Positions 9,074 through 18,246 of a stretch of DNA of 64,000 nt are shown one piece after another (within the stretch, counting starts at the first letter, position 1; each line of letters starts with the position of its first letter). A program made the position numbers and the translations under genes. Source of the stretch: an uncultured Eubacteriales bacterium (lineage in GTDB: Bacteria > Bacillota > Clostridia > Oscillospirales > Acutalibacteraceae); assembly GCA_964425185.1 (NCBI GenBank), contig CAYRKX010000002.1, positions 8,791 through 72,790 of the forward strand, read 5' to 3'. The notes under the pieces are model-generated. The model saw only the letters and a list, made by a program, of their open reading frames with translations, did no database searches and was not told the DNA's origin.

Positions 9074-10345
9074 TCAACCAAGAATAAACTTCAGCCAGAG
9101 TTCCCGGTAGGCATCGCCAATGGACCGGGCCTCCTCTGCATCTATGTTCTGAAGGAACGGTGCATTACTCCAGGCATCAAAGGTGCCAAACAGGAACGGA
9201 ACATCAAAGCAGTGGCAGCCATATACATTGGGCTGTTTCGACTCATAGGGAAAAGAATAGTTAAGTACCTTCTGCCCCGCTTTTTCCAGCGCAAACACAA
9301 ACTGGTTCGTCGGAGTTACGAAGGTGCGGTCGGACAGTCTCTTCACTTCCGCCAGATATCCAGAACCCATCTCCTCCGCATTTCCTGCCAGAAAGGCCGC
9401 ATACTCCTGCCGGTTGTTATTGGCAAATATTCTCATTTCTTTCGGAGCGTTCTGAACCGCTGCCGTGTAGATATCGGAGGGAATCATCCCCTCCTCTACC
9501 ATTGGCATGTAGACACAAAGGTCTGTAGAGGGAACTTTAGCGGCAGCCATCTGAATTTTTAGCAGGTCGGCGGTATCCATGTTCTTCAGTGTCTCCCCAT
9601 CTGCTCCCGGACCAGCAGCTTTCAGGACCTCATTCATCATGGCCTGCATCCGTTCCACTGACTTCGGCGGGTCATTGGCGGGAAGGCTGAACAGCGACGC
9701 GCTGCGAAGCCCTCTACTGAACTTCGGGTTGGCCATCATGGCTACCGTATACCACGCACCGGCAGATTGACCACCAACATGGAGACTGTCAGGATCACCG
9801 CCAAACGCGGCAATGTTCTCCCGAATCCAGTCCATGGCCATAAGGACATCCTTATACGTGCAGTTTGGCTCGGCCGTTCCCGGGAAATACGCGCTCCCGA
9901 ACACGCCCAGACGGTAGTTGAGATTTACGAAGACCGCCGGTGTCCCGAGCTGGACGGATTTACGGACGATTTCATCGCCATAATACCAGGGAATGGAACC
10001 ACCGCCGGTGACCCAGGCCCCTCCGTGCATAAAGATAATGACCGGAAGTTTTCTGCCGGCCAGCTCCTGCGGGCTCGCTGCATCCGGGACCCAGATGTTC
10101 AGACGAAATGCATCTTCGCTGCAGTTTTTCTCTTCCTCTGTCGTCCCCATAACAAACGACAATCGTCCTTTGGTCTGGGAAAAGACCGGGCCCGCCTTTG
10201 TGGCGTCCCGTACTCCATCATACGGCTTCGGCGATGCTGCCTTCTGGAATCTTCCGTTGAACTCTGCATATGGGATGTTCAAAAAAGACAGCACGCCGTC
10301 ATGGACTCCTCCGTTCAGAAGTCCCTGTCTGGTTTCTACTTGCAC
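9074..10345 (-). CDS. type-B carboxylesterase/lipase family protein
   Basis: 423 aa; FMHGGAWVTGGG oxyanion region and GGQSAGA nucleophile elbow. GTG start with GAGGTG SD. No signal peptide. Confidence 0.8.
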   Translation of the reverse strand: MQVETRQGLLNGGVHDGVLSFLNIPYAEFNGRFQKAASPKPYDGVRDATKAGPVFSQTKGRLSFVMGTTEEEKNCSEDAFRLNIWVPDAASPQELAGRKLPVIIFMHGGAWVTGGGSIPWYYGDEIVRKSVQLGTPAVFVNLNYRLGVFGSAYFPGTAEPNCTYKDVLMAMDWIRENIAAFGGDPDSLHVGGQSAGAWYTVAMMANPKFSRGLRSASLFSLPANDPPKSVERMQAMMNEVLKAAGPGADGETLKNMDTADLLKIQMAAAKVPSTDLCVYMPMVEEGMIPSDIYTAAVQNAPKEMRIFANNNRQEYAAFLAGNAEEMGSGYLAEVKRLSDRTFVTPTNQFVFALEKAGQKVLNYSFPYESKQPNVYGCHCFDVPFLFGTFDAWSNAPFLQNIDAEEARSIGDAYRELWLKFILG

Positions 10346-10428
10346 AATAGGTCACCTCAAAAAAATACAATCTTTTCTACTATGTCTATTTTATCCTATT
10401 ATAAGCTTGATAGAGAGGTGGATTTTTC

Positions 10429-11229
10429 ATGTCAAGGAAAAAAGTTGCCATTGTCACTGGAGGCTCCTCCGGAATTGGCGCAGCTACGTCGATCGCGCTG
10501 TTCAAGTCTGGCTGTAAAGTATATGAACTTTCCAGGCATAAGGAGGGTAAATTGCCCGATATTGGACATATTCAGTGCGATGTCACGGAGATTTCCCAAG
10601 TTGAGGCTGCAATTTCCAAGGTTCTCGACGCAGAGGGGCAGATTGATATTCTGGTCAACAACGCAGGGTTCGGCATTTCCGGCGCCATTGAGTTCACAGA
10701 GTCGGAAGCGGCGAAAAAGCAGTTCAAGGTCAACTTCTTCGGCATGGACAATGTCTGCCACGCGGTACTGCCCATCATGCGGAAGCAGGGTTCAGGGCGA
10801 ATCGTCAATATCAGTTCCGTTGCTGCGCCTATTGCCATTCCGTTCCAGGCGTACTACTCGGCATCGAAGGCGGCTATCAGTGACTACTCGCTGGCCCTCA
10901 TGAATGAGGTGCGCCCGTATGGTGTTGAAGTGGTCACGCTCCTGCCTGGTGACATCCACACCGGGTTCACGGCGGCACGGGAAAAGAGCCCGGCGGGGGA
11001 CAAGGAATACGGCGGACGCATTTCCCGCTCTGTGGCTGTCATGGAACACGACGAGGAAACCGGCATGAGTGCACAGGCCGCGGGCGATCTAGTTGCGAAA
11101 TATGCACTCAAACGCCACCCGGCACCGGTGTATACCATCGGGACGTCGTACAAGTTGTTTGTCTTTTTGCAGCGGTTCCTGTCCAACCGGCTGCTGTATT
11201 ATATTGTTGGAAAGCTGTATGCAAAATAA
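10429..11229 (+). CDS. short-chain dehydrogenase/reductase (SDR)
   Basis: 266 aa; TGGSSGIG cofactor motif and YSASKAA catalytic motif. Confidence 0.85.
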   Translation: MSRKKVAIVTGGSSGIGAATSIALFKSGCKVYELSRHKEGKLPDIGHIQCDVTEISQVEAAISKVLDAEGQIDILVNNAGFGISGAIEFTESEAAKKQFKVNFFGMDNVCHAVLPIMRKQGSGRIVNISSVAAPIAIPFQAYYSASKAAISDYSLALMNEVRPYGVEVVTLLPGDIHTGFTAAREKSPAGDKEYGGRISRSVAVMEHDEETGMSAQAAGDLVAKYALKRHPAPVYTIGTSYKLFVFLQRFLSNRLLYYIVGKLYAK

Positions 11230-11369
11230 GAGTGGGCATACAAGCCAGGTTTTCGCCATATTAGCTCCATGGTCTTTTGCGGCAAAAGTTGGCGGGAATG
11301 CAGGAGACTTTAATCAAGTGTTCCACCGCTCAAGGAATAGACACTAGTCCAAGCCAATACCCAATAGCC

Positions 11370-11410
11370 AAAAGAGGGCTGTGCCAAACTGGCACAGCCC
11401 TCTTCTCTAT
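11370..11410. terminator. bidirectional intrinsic terminator between convergent genes
   Basis: 13-bp perfect stem AGAGGGCTGTGCC/GGCACAGCCCTCT. Confidence 0.7.
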
Positions 11411-11465
11411 TAAACTTGTCTTTTATTCCAGGCTTGGAGTCAGCCTGTATGGCCCACCTGTATGC

Positions 11466-12578
11466 TTAGTTCAGGTAAACAACAACAACGCCGTTTACAA
11501 CGCCGTTCTGTCTGAAGTCTTTCTCAGCGCCGCGTTTGGCATTGACAATCTTGCCGTCCATAAAGTCCTGACGAACCTGTGCAGCCATAGTGGTGTTCGG
11601 GAGCTGAACCTGAGCAACCTTCTGAGTTTTCAGGGTCTCTTTAATAGCATTCTCTGCTTCGTCAACAGAGGTGTAATACATGCCGTTCTTCTTGTAGTAA
11701 CCCTGGTCAGTGTTGGTGCAGGCATTCTCTTCACTCGGATTCTTCGGCTGATGATCAACGTTCATCTGATCTTTAGTTATGTTGAAATAGCGGTGAGACA
11801 GCGCATGCTGGGTAGCAGAAGGATCGTCCCAGCCAGTATCGGTGAGATACTCTTTACCATTCAAAGTAACGACGTTCCACATGTGGTCGCCTTCACCGGT
11901 AGCCGTACCAATGCAGACACGGCAGGTAACGCCAAGCTTGTTCAGAAGATACTTCATAGCATAAGCATAACCCATGCAGTTGCTCTTGTGCTCAACAAGG
12001 TTGTTGTAAATGCTCTTTTGACCTCTCTGGTAAGTGGTCTGGTTGACGAGCTTGTCATGAACGAACAGCTCTTTATCATAGTCAGAGCCGCTGGTCGGTG
12101 CGCCGTTCAGGAACTGCTTTGCAGCATTCTCAACCGCACTCAGTTTGCTTCTGGCATCAGAAACATAGCTGATGGTCATTTCCTGCCATTTATACCCGTC
12201 AGAATCCTGATGGGTCTTGGCACCAATGCCGGAAACATAGAACAGCTCCGGATGCTCCTGCTGGATAATCTGAGCAAACTGGCTTCTCTCGCTCTGGCTG
12301 ATGTTCGGGATGTCAACAGAAGTCTGGAACTTCTTAACAGCGTCTACGAAAAGCATATAAGCAGTCTGACCATCAGTGCTGAACTTGGAAGACCAGTAAC
12401 CGTCAGCTTTCTGCGGAGTGAACCTTGCTTTTGCAGCAATAGTCTTTGCACCTTTGCTGAGTGTGTCTTTTGCGTCCTGTTGTAACTGCGCCGTGTTAAT
12501 CAGTGCAGCGGAAGCAGATGTGGCAGCAACGGCCAATACCATAACCATTGCGAGTACCATGGAAATAATTTTCTTCAT
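11466..12578 (-). CDS. secreted transglutaminase-like cysteine peptidase domain protein
   Basis: 370 aa; signal peptide MKKIISMVLAMVMVLAVAATSASA. Core has CMGYAYAMKYLL...DHMWNVV...TDTGWDD (Cys-His-Asp arrangement). Confidence 0.65.
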   Translation of the reverse strand: MKKIISMVLAMVMVLAVAATSASAALINTAQLQQDAKDTLSKGAKTIAAKARFTPQKADGYWSSKFSTDGQTAYMLFVDAVKKFQTSVDIPNISQSERSQFAQIIQQEHPELFYVSGIGAKTHQDSDGYKWQEMTISYVSDARSKLSAVENAAKQFLNGAPTSGSDYDKELFVHDKLVNQTTYQRGQKSIYNNLVEHKSNCMGYAYAMKYLLNKLGVTCRVCIGTATGEGDHMWNVVTLNGKEYLTDTGWDDPSATQHALSHRYFNITKDQMNVDHQPKNPSEENACTNTDQGYYKKNGMYYTSVDEAENAIKETLKTQKVAQVQLPNTTMAAQVRQDFMDGKIVNAKRGAEKDFRQNGVVNGVVVVYLN

Positions 12579-12951
12579 CCTCGTTTTTCTCTCCTTTTTT
12601 CAATTTCCTCTTTCCTTAAAAGGACAAATGAGATGTTAGCACTTTATAGATGAAAATTCCACGTCAATTGTTCATTTTAAGACGATATTTATGCCACAAT
12701 GCACCGTTTTTTGTACAAATACAAATTATTGTACAACGACGTGATGTAGTTTTATTAACTTCCAAATAAAATACTGAACAAACTTACTGTCATTGTCCAC
12801 AAGCTATTCATTTCCGTCTGATAGTCAAAAGATGTCTGGTATTGGAATCCTGGGAACCTTCATAACGGCACTATCTACGAGGTTCAGTCCTTTGGCAAAG
12901 TCTAATAAGACTGCCGAGCGCCTGGTAAGTTCAACAACCAGTCCAACAGCA

Positions 12952-12985
12952 AGACCCGCACTCAGCGACAGCTGAGCGCGGGTCT
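12952..12985. terminator. GC-rich hairpin, probable terminator of the dehydratase-like operon
   Basis: AGACCCGCACTCAGC/GCTGAGCGCGGGTCT, 15-bp stem with one mismatch. T-tracts are weak on both strands. Confidence 0.4.
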
Positions 12986-13018
12986 CTTGTTTATGGGAAG
13001 GAATACTCTTTAAGGAGT

Positions 13019-13189
13019 TTAAATTTTGCGGTCCCTCTTCTGCTTATCATAGTGCTTGTTCAGCATGGGACGAATGACATAGTAAATCAGCTTGTTCTCG
13101 CCGTTCGTAATGTAGAGTGTGAAGGTCGAGACAAAGAAGATTCCAAAAATCAGAGCGAGTTTCTTCGCCACTTTCTTTACGGTATCCAT
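13019..13189 (-). CDS. 56-aa single-pass membrane micro-protein
   Basis: Below the ORF-track cutoff. MDTVKKVAKKLALIFGIFFVSTFTLYITNGENKLIYYVIRPMLNKHYDKQKRDRKI. SD GGAGG 7 nt upstream; the ATG lies 12 nt after the upstream stop. Confidence 0.5.
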   Translation of the reverse strand: MDTVKKVAKKLALIFGIFFVSTFTLYITNGENKLIYYVIRPMLNKHYDKQKRDRKI

Positions 13190-13201
13190 AACACCGCCTC
13201 C

Positions 13202-14800
13202 TTACCAGGCTTCTGAATCGTTGAACTCGACAAGCGTCGGGTCCAGCGGCTCTTCATTTAATACGACCGACATGTAATCGTTGATAGCATTCCGCATTCC
13301 CTGGCGGGAAATGGTGCGGGAATCCTCGAGATCATGCGGAACAAAGACAAACTTGAATCCGAACTTGTGGGCCTGCTCTTCAAGCATTCCGTGAACGCCG
13401 TTCATGCCCTTGCAGGCAATGTTGTCGTTCATAATAACCATATCGCAGTTCATCTTTCTGGCCCACTCCCAGACAGCGTTGATGTTCTCCCATCCGCCGA
13501 CGGCGTGGTGACGCATAACGCCTTTTTCCTCGAACTTGGCGAGGTCAACAAGCGCCTGCTCCTTGTCTTCCGTATTAATAATGTTGTGACCCATGGTGGA
13601 GTCCATGTTCAGGACAATGTTGATGCCCCAGCAGTTCTGCGTCCATGTCGGGAAGTCGGTGTAATAGACAGCCGACGGAGCCCACAGGAAGGCGCGGTGT
13701 CTGGTTCTGCCCTGGAAGGGTTCATACTTCTTCGCGCAGTATTTCCGCATCATCTTGATTGCCTTGCGATCCACTTTGTTGTAGTAAGGATCTCGACCGT
13801 TAATGAGCGCCCACTCTACCAGCTTATAGAGAAACTCGTTGATACCGACCAGGATGGAATACGGCGTGGACATAATATCCCACTTTTCCATCTCAATCGT
13901 GTTCTGCTCATTCATGAGCTTTGCCTTTTCAAAGAACGCATCCCAGTCAAATTTGACTCCATAGACCTCTTCAACTTTGGCAATTGCCTGTTTGAGCTCT
14001 TCAGCGGAGTACTCATGGCCCGGTTCTTCATTATGCTGCATCGAGAATACGAATGGATAAACCTCCATGCCATAGCTCTGGAACCGGCGGCGCTGGAACA
14101 TTGAGGTGGCCTCACTGGCGTTACAGGGCTGGTTCGTCGACATCTCGAGCTTTCCGAAGATGGGGAATGCATCGTCAATGGTGACGCCGGTTTCGGCGGA
14201 ACAGCGCGAACATACGTCGGCGGGAAGACCGTAAGACTCTGCGACGTCAATATAGTACGGCTCAATAAACTGATCTACATCGCAGATAACGAATTCCGGC
14301 AAAGTCTGCATAGGAGCCGCCTGCAGCGTCGGGAAACCGGCGGTGAAGAGCGGCGGGATAGTCTCGTCGAGGCCGATTATATTGTCGGACATGGGGCCTC
14401 CTCCGAGGCGTTTGTCGTTTTTGAGGACAACGCCGATGGTATCGGTCAGGCCGTGAACGATGGCATTTCCGTGCAGTCCGGCGAGCCGGAGCTCGGGTCC
14501 GCGGTACCCTTCATACAGGCGATCAATGAATGCGAATGATCCGAGGAAGGATCCCATCCACCGATACTCGAGAAGTCCCTTGGTAAAATGAACCGGGTCT
14601 TTCAGGACCATCTTTCCCATGAGGCCTAAATTGATAAGCCAGTGGTAGTAATCTGTCAGTGTGTCGTCTAATCCGCGCCACTCTCTCCATTTGGCAATAC
14701 CGGTTTTGTCGTAGTATCGGTCTCTCTGGCCGCCCTTGCCATGTTCAGCCTTCCAGATGGGATCAAAGCGCCGCAGTGGAATATCAATTAAATGTTTCAT
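13202..14800 (-). CDS. 2-hydroxyacyl-CoA dehydratase / benzoyl-CoA reductase (HGD-D) family protein, large subunit-like
   Basis: 532 aa; C-terminal pattern MNCDMVIMNDNIACKG...FKFVFVPHDLEDSRT is typical of HgdA/B-BcrB/C family proteins, plus cysteines CSRCS. Its ATG abuts the stop of the upstream partner. Confidence 0.7.
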   Translation of the reverse strand: MKHLIDIPLRRFDPIWKAEHGKGGQRDRYYDKTGIAKWREWRGLDDTLTDYYHWLINLGLMGKMVLKDPVHFTKGLLEYRWMGSFLGSFAFIDRLYEGYRGPELRLAGLHGNAIVHGLTDTIGVVLKNDKRLGGGPMSDNIIGLDETIPPLFTAGFPTLQAAPMQTLPEFVICDVDQFIEPYYIDVAESYGLPADVCSRCSAETGVTIDDAFPIFGKLEMSTNQPCNASEATSMFQRRRFQSYGMEVYPFVFSMQHNEEPGHEYSAEELKQAIAKVEEVYGVKFDWDAFFEKAKLMNEQNTIEMEKWDIMSTPYSILVGINEFLYKLVEWALINGRDPYYNKVDRKAIKMMRKYCAKKYEPFQGRTRHRAFLWAPSAVYYTDFPTWTQNCWGINIVLNMDSTMGHNIINTEDKEQALVDLAKFEEKGVMRHHAVGGWENINAVWEWARKMNCDMVIMNDNIACKGMNGVHGMLEEQAHKFGFKFVFVPHDLEDSRTISRQGMRNAINDYMSVVLNEEPLDPTLVEFNDSEAW

Positions 14801-16000
14801 TTACGCTCCCCTCCTCTCTTCGTTTGCCTGGATTTTCTTGATTTCGAGTCCTTCGACAAACGCCTGGAAGCGGGTGCGGAGCTGTCCTGCCCCGTTCAGA
14901 GCGTACTCTTTTTCAATGGTACAGCATGGGATGTGCTTCTCATTGGTCATAATGTAGTTCGAGAGCACCTTCTCGTAGCTCCAGAACTCACAGAATTTCA
15001 TATTTTCAATAATAATGCCGTCTGCGTGGTAGTCCTTGTACAGTTTTTCCAACTGGGCATGGCGGGCATCAATCTTTGAGCCCTCCATAAAGCGCGGACA
15101 TGCGCAGGTTTCAAGATAATGGCGGCAGATGGCCTCAAAAGCGGTCTCATCGTCATGGATGGTGATGTGCTCACGGCCCGGAATAGAACCGAAGCAGTAG
15201 CGGTCGGCAACGACCATGGCACCGCACTGCTCAATGAGTTTGGTAAACTCCGGGTCATCAATTTCGGAGCCGGCGAGAACGATGCGGGCACGGAACGGGA
15301 ATTCCGGTTCCGGTTTGCGGGTCTTCAGTTCTTCCAGAGTCTCCTGAAGATAAGGAAGAATCAGCTTGTGCGGACATGTCTCACTGACCAGCTGGATGAC
15401 GTGAAATTCATATCCGGTAATAGGCGGATTCGGAAGCTTGCGGTACTCGCCGATAGCGGTAATGACATCGTTGATAGCATTCTGGTCCGCAATGGCCTCA
15501 CGCATAGCCTTGTCAGAAGTATCTACTCCAATGGCGGCCAGGCGGTCTACCACTTTGATTTCCAGCTCGGTCTCGTAATAGTCGAGCGCCGCCTTGTCCG
15601 ATTTCAGCGGTGCATCAATGATAGTGGAGAAGAACCCCTGGTGCTGTACTGGAGACAGAAGTTCAAAGTGCTCTTCCATGCGTTCCATACTGGAACACGC
15701 CTCTTCGCCGAACAGCGCCGTCAGGTAATTGTAGGCGCCCTCCAGTGCCCGCTCCAGAATGGCGCGGCAGTACGAGCAGTTCCGGTTGGTCATATAATAG
15801 TTTGCAAGCTCTGAGGACTTGCAGTTCGGAGCTCTCAGTCTGGTGGAAAAACATCCCGGCAGATTGAGCAGAGCTTCCGGCATATAGTAACAGTTATACC
15901 CGAGAGCCTTTTCTCCGTTTTTGACTGCCTGCTGAACCAGTTCATTATTGGCCTCCTGCAGCAGGTTTTCAAAGAAGATCAGATGTTTGAGATCTTTCAT
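14801..16000 (-). CDS. 2-hydroxyacyl-CoA dehydratase (HGD-D) family protein, small subunit-like
   Basis: C-terminal DGIIIENMKFCEFWSYE...IPCCTIEKEY signature. Start set at ATG 16000 (MKDLKHL, GGGAG SD 8 nt upstream). The track start 16030 lacks an SD. Confidence 0.7.
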   Translation of the reverse strand: MKDLKHLIFFENLLQEANNELVQQAVKNGEKALGYNCYYMPEALLNLPGCFSTRLRAPNCKSSELANYYMTNRNCSYCRAILERALEGAYNYLTALFGEEACSSMERMEEHFELLSPVQHQGFFSTIIDAPLKSDKAALDYYETELEIKVVDRLAAIGVDTSDKAMREAIADQNAINDVITAIGEYRKLPNPPITGYEFHVIQLVSETCPHKLILPYLQETLEELKTRKPEPEFPFRARIVLAGSEIDDPEFTKLIEQCGAMVVADRYCFGSIPGREHITIHDDETAFEAICRHYLETCACPRFMEGSKIDARHAQLEKLYKDYHADGIIIENMKFCEFWSYEKVLSNYIMTNEKHIPCCTIEKEYALNGAGQLRTRFQAFVEGLEIKKIQANEERRGA

Positions 16001-16163
16001 ATAATTACTCCCATAGTTAAAAAGTCCCATAGTCTAACGGGGCGGTGCCCTTATTTGCAATATATCACAATTTTGTCTATATATCCGTCTTATTTTTATA
16101 TATATTTAACAATTCGGAACTGTACACAAAAAAGTTTGTTCATCTTTTGACAGGAAATCCGAC

Positions 16164-16199
16164 AAAAAAAGCCGTAAGTTCAAAAACTTACGGTTTTTT
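16164..16199 (-). terminator. intrinsic terminator after the B3/4-domain gene
   Basis: GCCGTAAGTT/AACTTACGG stem flanked by A7 and T6 runs. Confidence 0.7.
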
Positions 16200-16248
16200 C
16201 ATTTTGTGTTTATTTTTTTGACATTGGTCTAATAAGAGTGAAAGTGTG

Positions 16249-16935
16249 TCAAATAGTCTCCGGATGTATGATGGTTCCGGTTCCTCCGCAATACTTCTCA
16301 GTCGTCTCAAGGATTTTTCCAGCTGTCTCCTCGAGCAGTTCGTCCGGTGTGGCCTCGTTTCCCTGGACAATGTAGAAAATATTGGTGGTATCCTCATCCA
16401 CTTTGGTCTTTTCAACCTGCCGAATTTCGAGATGGCAGAGGATTTCATTGGAATCGTCACAGTAACTGTACTCGTGAGGTTTAACCGGCTGGGGTTCTGT
16501 CCGCCCTATGGGGACAAAGCGCTCGGTTCCATCCGTAAATCGCAGAGTGACATTACCGTCTACCTTATCCATGTTATGCGCCCCGAGGGCGAGCTTGGAG
16601 TCCATGGAAATGATGTTGTAGATGTCGACTGCCTTGTTAATGAAAGCCATGTCGTGCCGCTTCTTAAGCAGCTTAATGAGATTCTCACTGGCAGGAATAT
16701 TTTTACGGCGGCGCACGCCGGTATTGTCATGAAGAATGTTGAACCCTTCCAGGATGGGGTCATCATGCGGATTCAGATCCTTGTACCGCTCATACAGCTC
16801 TTCAATTTTCTTCGTGCGGTATTCGTCCCATTCGGCACTGCGGCCGTGATTGTCGACGCCCTCCACCGTGGCGAACAGAATTTTCACCCCGCTGTCGAGG
16901 ACATCTTGTGCAACATAAAAATTCACTGATGACAT
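16249..16935 (-). CDS. B3/B4 tRNA-binding-domain protein (PheT B3/4-like, COG3382-type)
   Basis: 228 aa; the architecture ...ASENLIKLL...INKAVDIYNIISMDSKLALGAHNMDKVDGNVTLRF... matches stand-alone B3/4 domain proteins. A GTG at 16926 has better SD spacing than ATG 16935. Confidence 0.6.
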   Translation of the reverse strand: MSSVNFYVAQDVLDSGVKILFATVEGVDNHGRSAEWDEYRTKKIEELYERYKDLNPHDDPILEGFNILHDNTGVRRRKNIPASENLIKLLKKRHDMAFINKAVDIYNIISMDSKLALGAHNMDKVDGNVTLRFTDGTERFVPIGRTEPQPVKPHEYSYCDDSNEILCHLEIRQVEKTKVDEDTTNIFYIVQGNEATPDELLEETAGKILETTEKYCGGTGTIIHPETI

Positions 16936-17001
16936 CTCCTTGCTTTTCCTATTAATTACGTAGGAATAATACCATTACGATACCACCAGGGCCCAGGAAT
17001 G

Positions 17002-17214
17002 TCAATCCAGCTTTGCCGTTCCGCCGTCAAGGGTCATAACCTGGTTCTCCTGGTAGCTGATGACCACTACTTTACCCTCATTCAGGTACGTAGCGCTCGG
17101 CGTCCGCATAAGCTTGTATTTGTCAAGCAAAACAAGATTATTCTTCGCCATAACCGCCACCGGTCTCAGTAGATTAGCCATTAAAAGCAGCACAACCGCC
17201 AGTGCGGGAAGCAT
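17002..17214 (-). CDS. small hypothetical secreted protein (possibly 5'-disrupted)
   Basis: 70 aa; hydrophobic N-terminus; no SD at ATG 17214. An SD-equipped ATG at 17235 is in frame but separated by TGA 17221-17223. Confidence 0.3.
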   Translation of the reverse strand: MLPALAVVLLLMANLLRPVAVMAKNNLVLLDKYKLMRTPSATYLNEGKVVVISYQENQVMTLDGGTAKLD

Positions 17215-17318
17215 TTTTGTTCAGTTTTTCATCATGTTTCCCCTTTTCTGCGATATACTTTTCGTGTAGAATATTAGAATATATTATCTTAAATAGCAAT
17301 TAGTCCGGAGGATAATTC

Positions 17319-18140
17319 ATGAAGAAATTCACTTCTGTCCTGCTTGCACTGGTTATGGCTGTCAGCATTCTCTCAGCCTTTTCCTTAAATGCAGTGGCTG
17401 CAGGCAACTATATTCCCAAAACCATCAAGATGACCCAGACCGGAGGTCAGTACTCTGTCTCCTACAGTGATGGGACCCTGACCGCCCGTGCCAACGGCTC
17501 TCCGATTGACCACGGCCTTCCTTATGCCTTCATTGCTCTTGCTGATGTCAGCACTCAGAACCGTAATATTATGATTACGGAGGGCAACGATGAAATTAAG
17601 TACGCCATGGCCAATGTCTGCCGTAATGGTAAAGTTAAGAAGATTGTTCTTCACAACTATGTAGACCACTACAACAGTTCTACAGATACCATCAATATTA
17701 AGGCATCTGGCGGACGTGTTACACAGATCAGCCACAGTGTCAAACGGTACTACAAAGGCGGGAACGACTCTCAGCAGCCATCCACCAGTGTATACACTTA
17801 CACTTATAATGACGCCGGCGACATCGTCAAGATCAACTGGCATGCCGGAAGCGAAGCGGAAAAGACTACGTTTACTTATGACGCCAGCGGCCGTCTCGTC
17901 TCCTCCACCTGGACCTGCGGTGTCGGCAAAGAGGTTGTCACCAACTTTGTTCTGGACTCTCAGGGACGTGTCACCCGCTATGGCAGACTGAAGTACTCTT
18001 ATGACAGCAAGGGTCAGATTACCAAGAACGACACCTTCACCTATACGTATAACGACAAGGGCTGCATTACCAAAGTCGTTGACCATGATGTAAACAACAA
18101 AGCTGCCGCTACATTCAATTACACTTATCAGGTTATCTGA
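17319..18140 (+). CDS. secreted protein with YD/RHS-like repeats
   Basis: 273 aa; signal peptide ...LNAVAA; repeated YTYTYNDAGDIV / FTYDASGRLV / YSYDSKGQIT / YTYNDKGCIT units. SD GGAGGA. Confidence 0.6.
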   Translation: MKKFTSVLLALVMAVSILSAFSLNAVAAGNYIPKTIKMTQTGGQYSVSYSDGTLTARANGSPIDHGLPYAFIALADVSTQNRNIMITEGNDEIKYAMANVCRNGKVKKIVLHNYVDHYNSSTDTINIKASGGRVTQISHSVKRYYKGGNDSQQPSTSVYTYTYNDAGDIVKINWHAGSEAEKTTFTYDASGRLVSSTWTCGVGKEVVTNFVLDSQGRVTRYGRLKYSYDSKGQITKNDTFTYTYNDKGCITKVVDHDVNNKAAATFNYTYQVI

Positions 18141-18210
18141 TTGTTTCATGGAGCTGCTTAGCTGAAAATGAATATTAGAGCCTCTAGGATGAAAAGCAGG
18201 CTTATATTAG

Positions 18211-18246
18211 AACCAGCTGCACTGTTTGGTGCGGCTGGTTTTTTTG
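18211..18246 (+). terminator. intrinsic terminator
   Basis: AACCAGCTGCAC/GTGCGGCTGGTT stem (one G-U pair) followed by TTTTT. Confidence 0.75.

Noticed and set aside
13202-16000. Assignment of the HGD-D pair as the PlsA/PlsR (or Ger) plasmalogen/ether-lipid reductase.
   Set aside because: Those systems include BcrAD/HgdC-type ATPase domains, fused or adjacent, and none is present here. Family membership alone does not support that specific function.
8914-16935. Genomic island integrated at tRNA-Gln (esterase to B3/4-domain genes).
   Set aside because: There is no integrase or mobility gene. By eye I found no direct repeat of the tRNA 3' end downstream and no obvious compositional break.
17221-17223. 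Genome-wide TGA recoding (code 4 or 25) as an explanation for the in-frame TGA.
   Set aside because: TGA is clearly used as a genuine stop elsewhere in the window, for example in cysE, queD, the lipase gene and the first PF06541-like gene.
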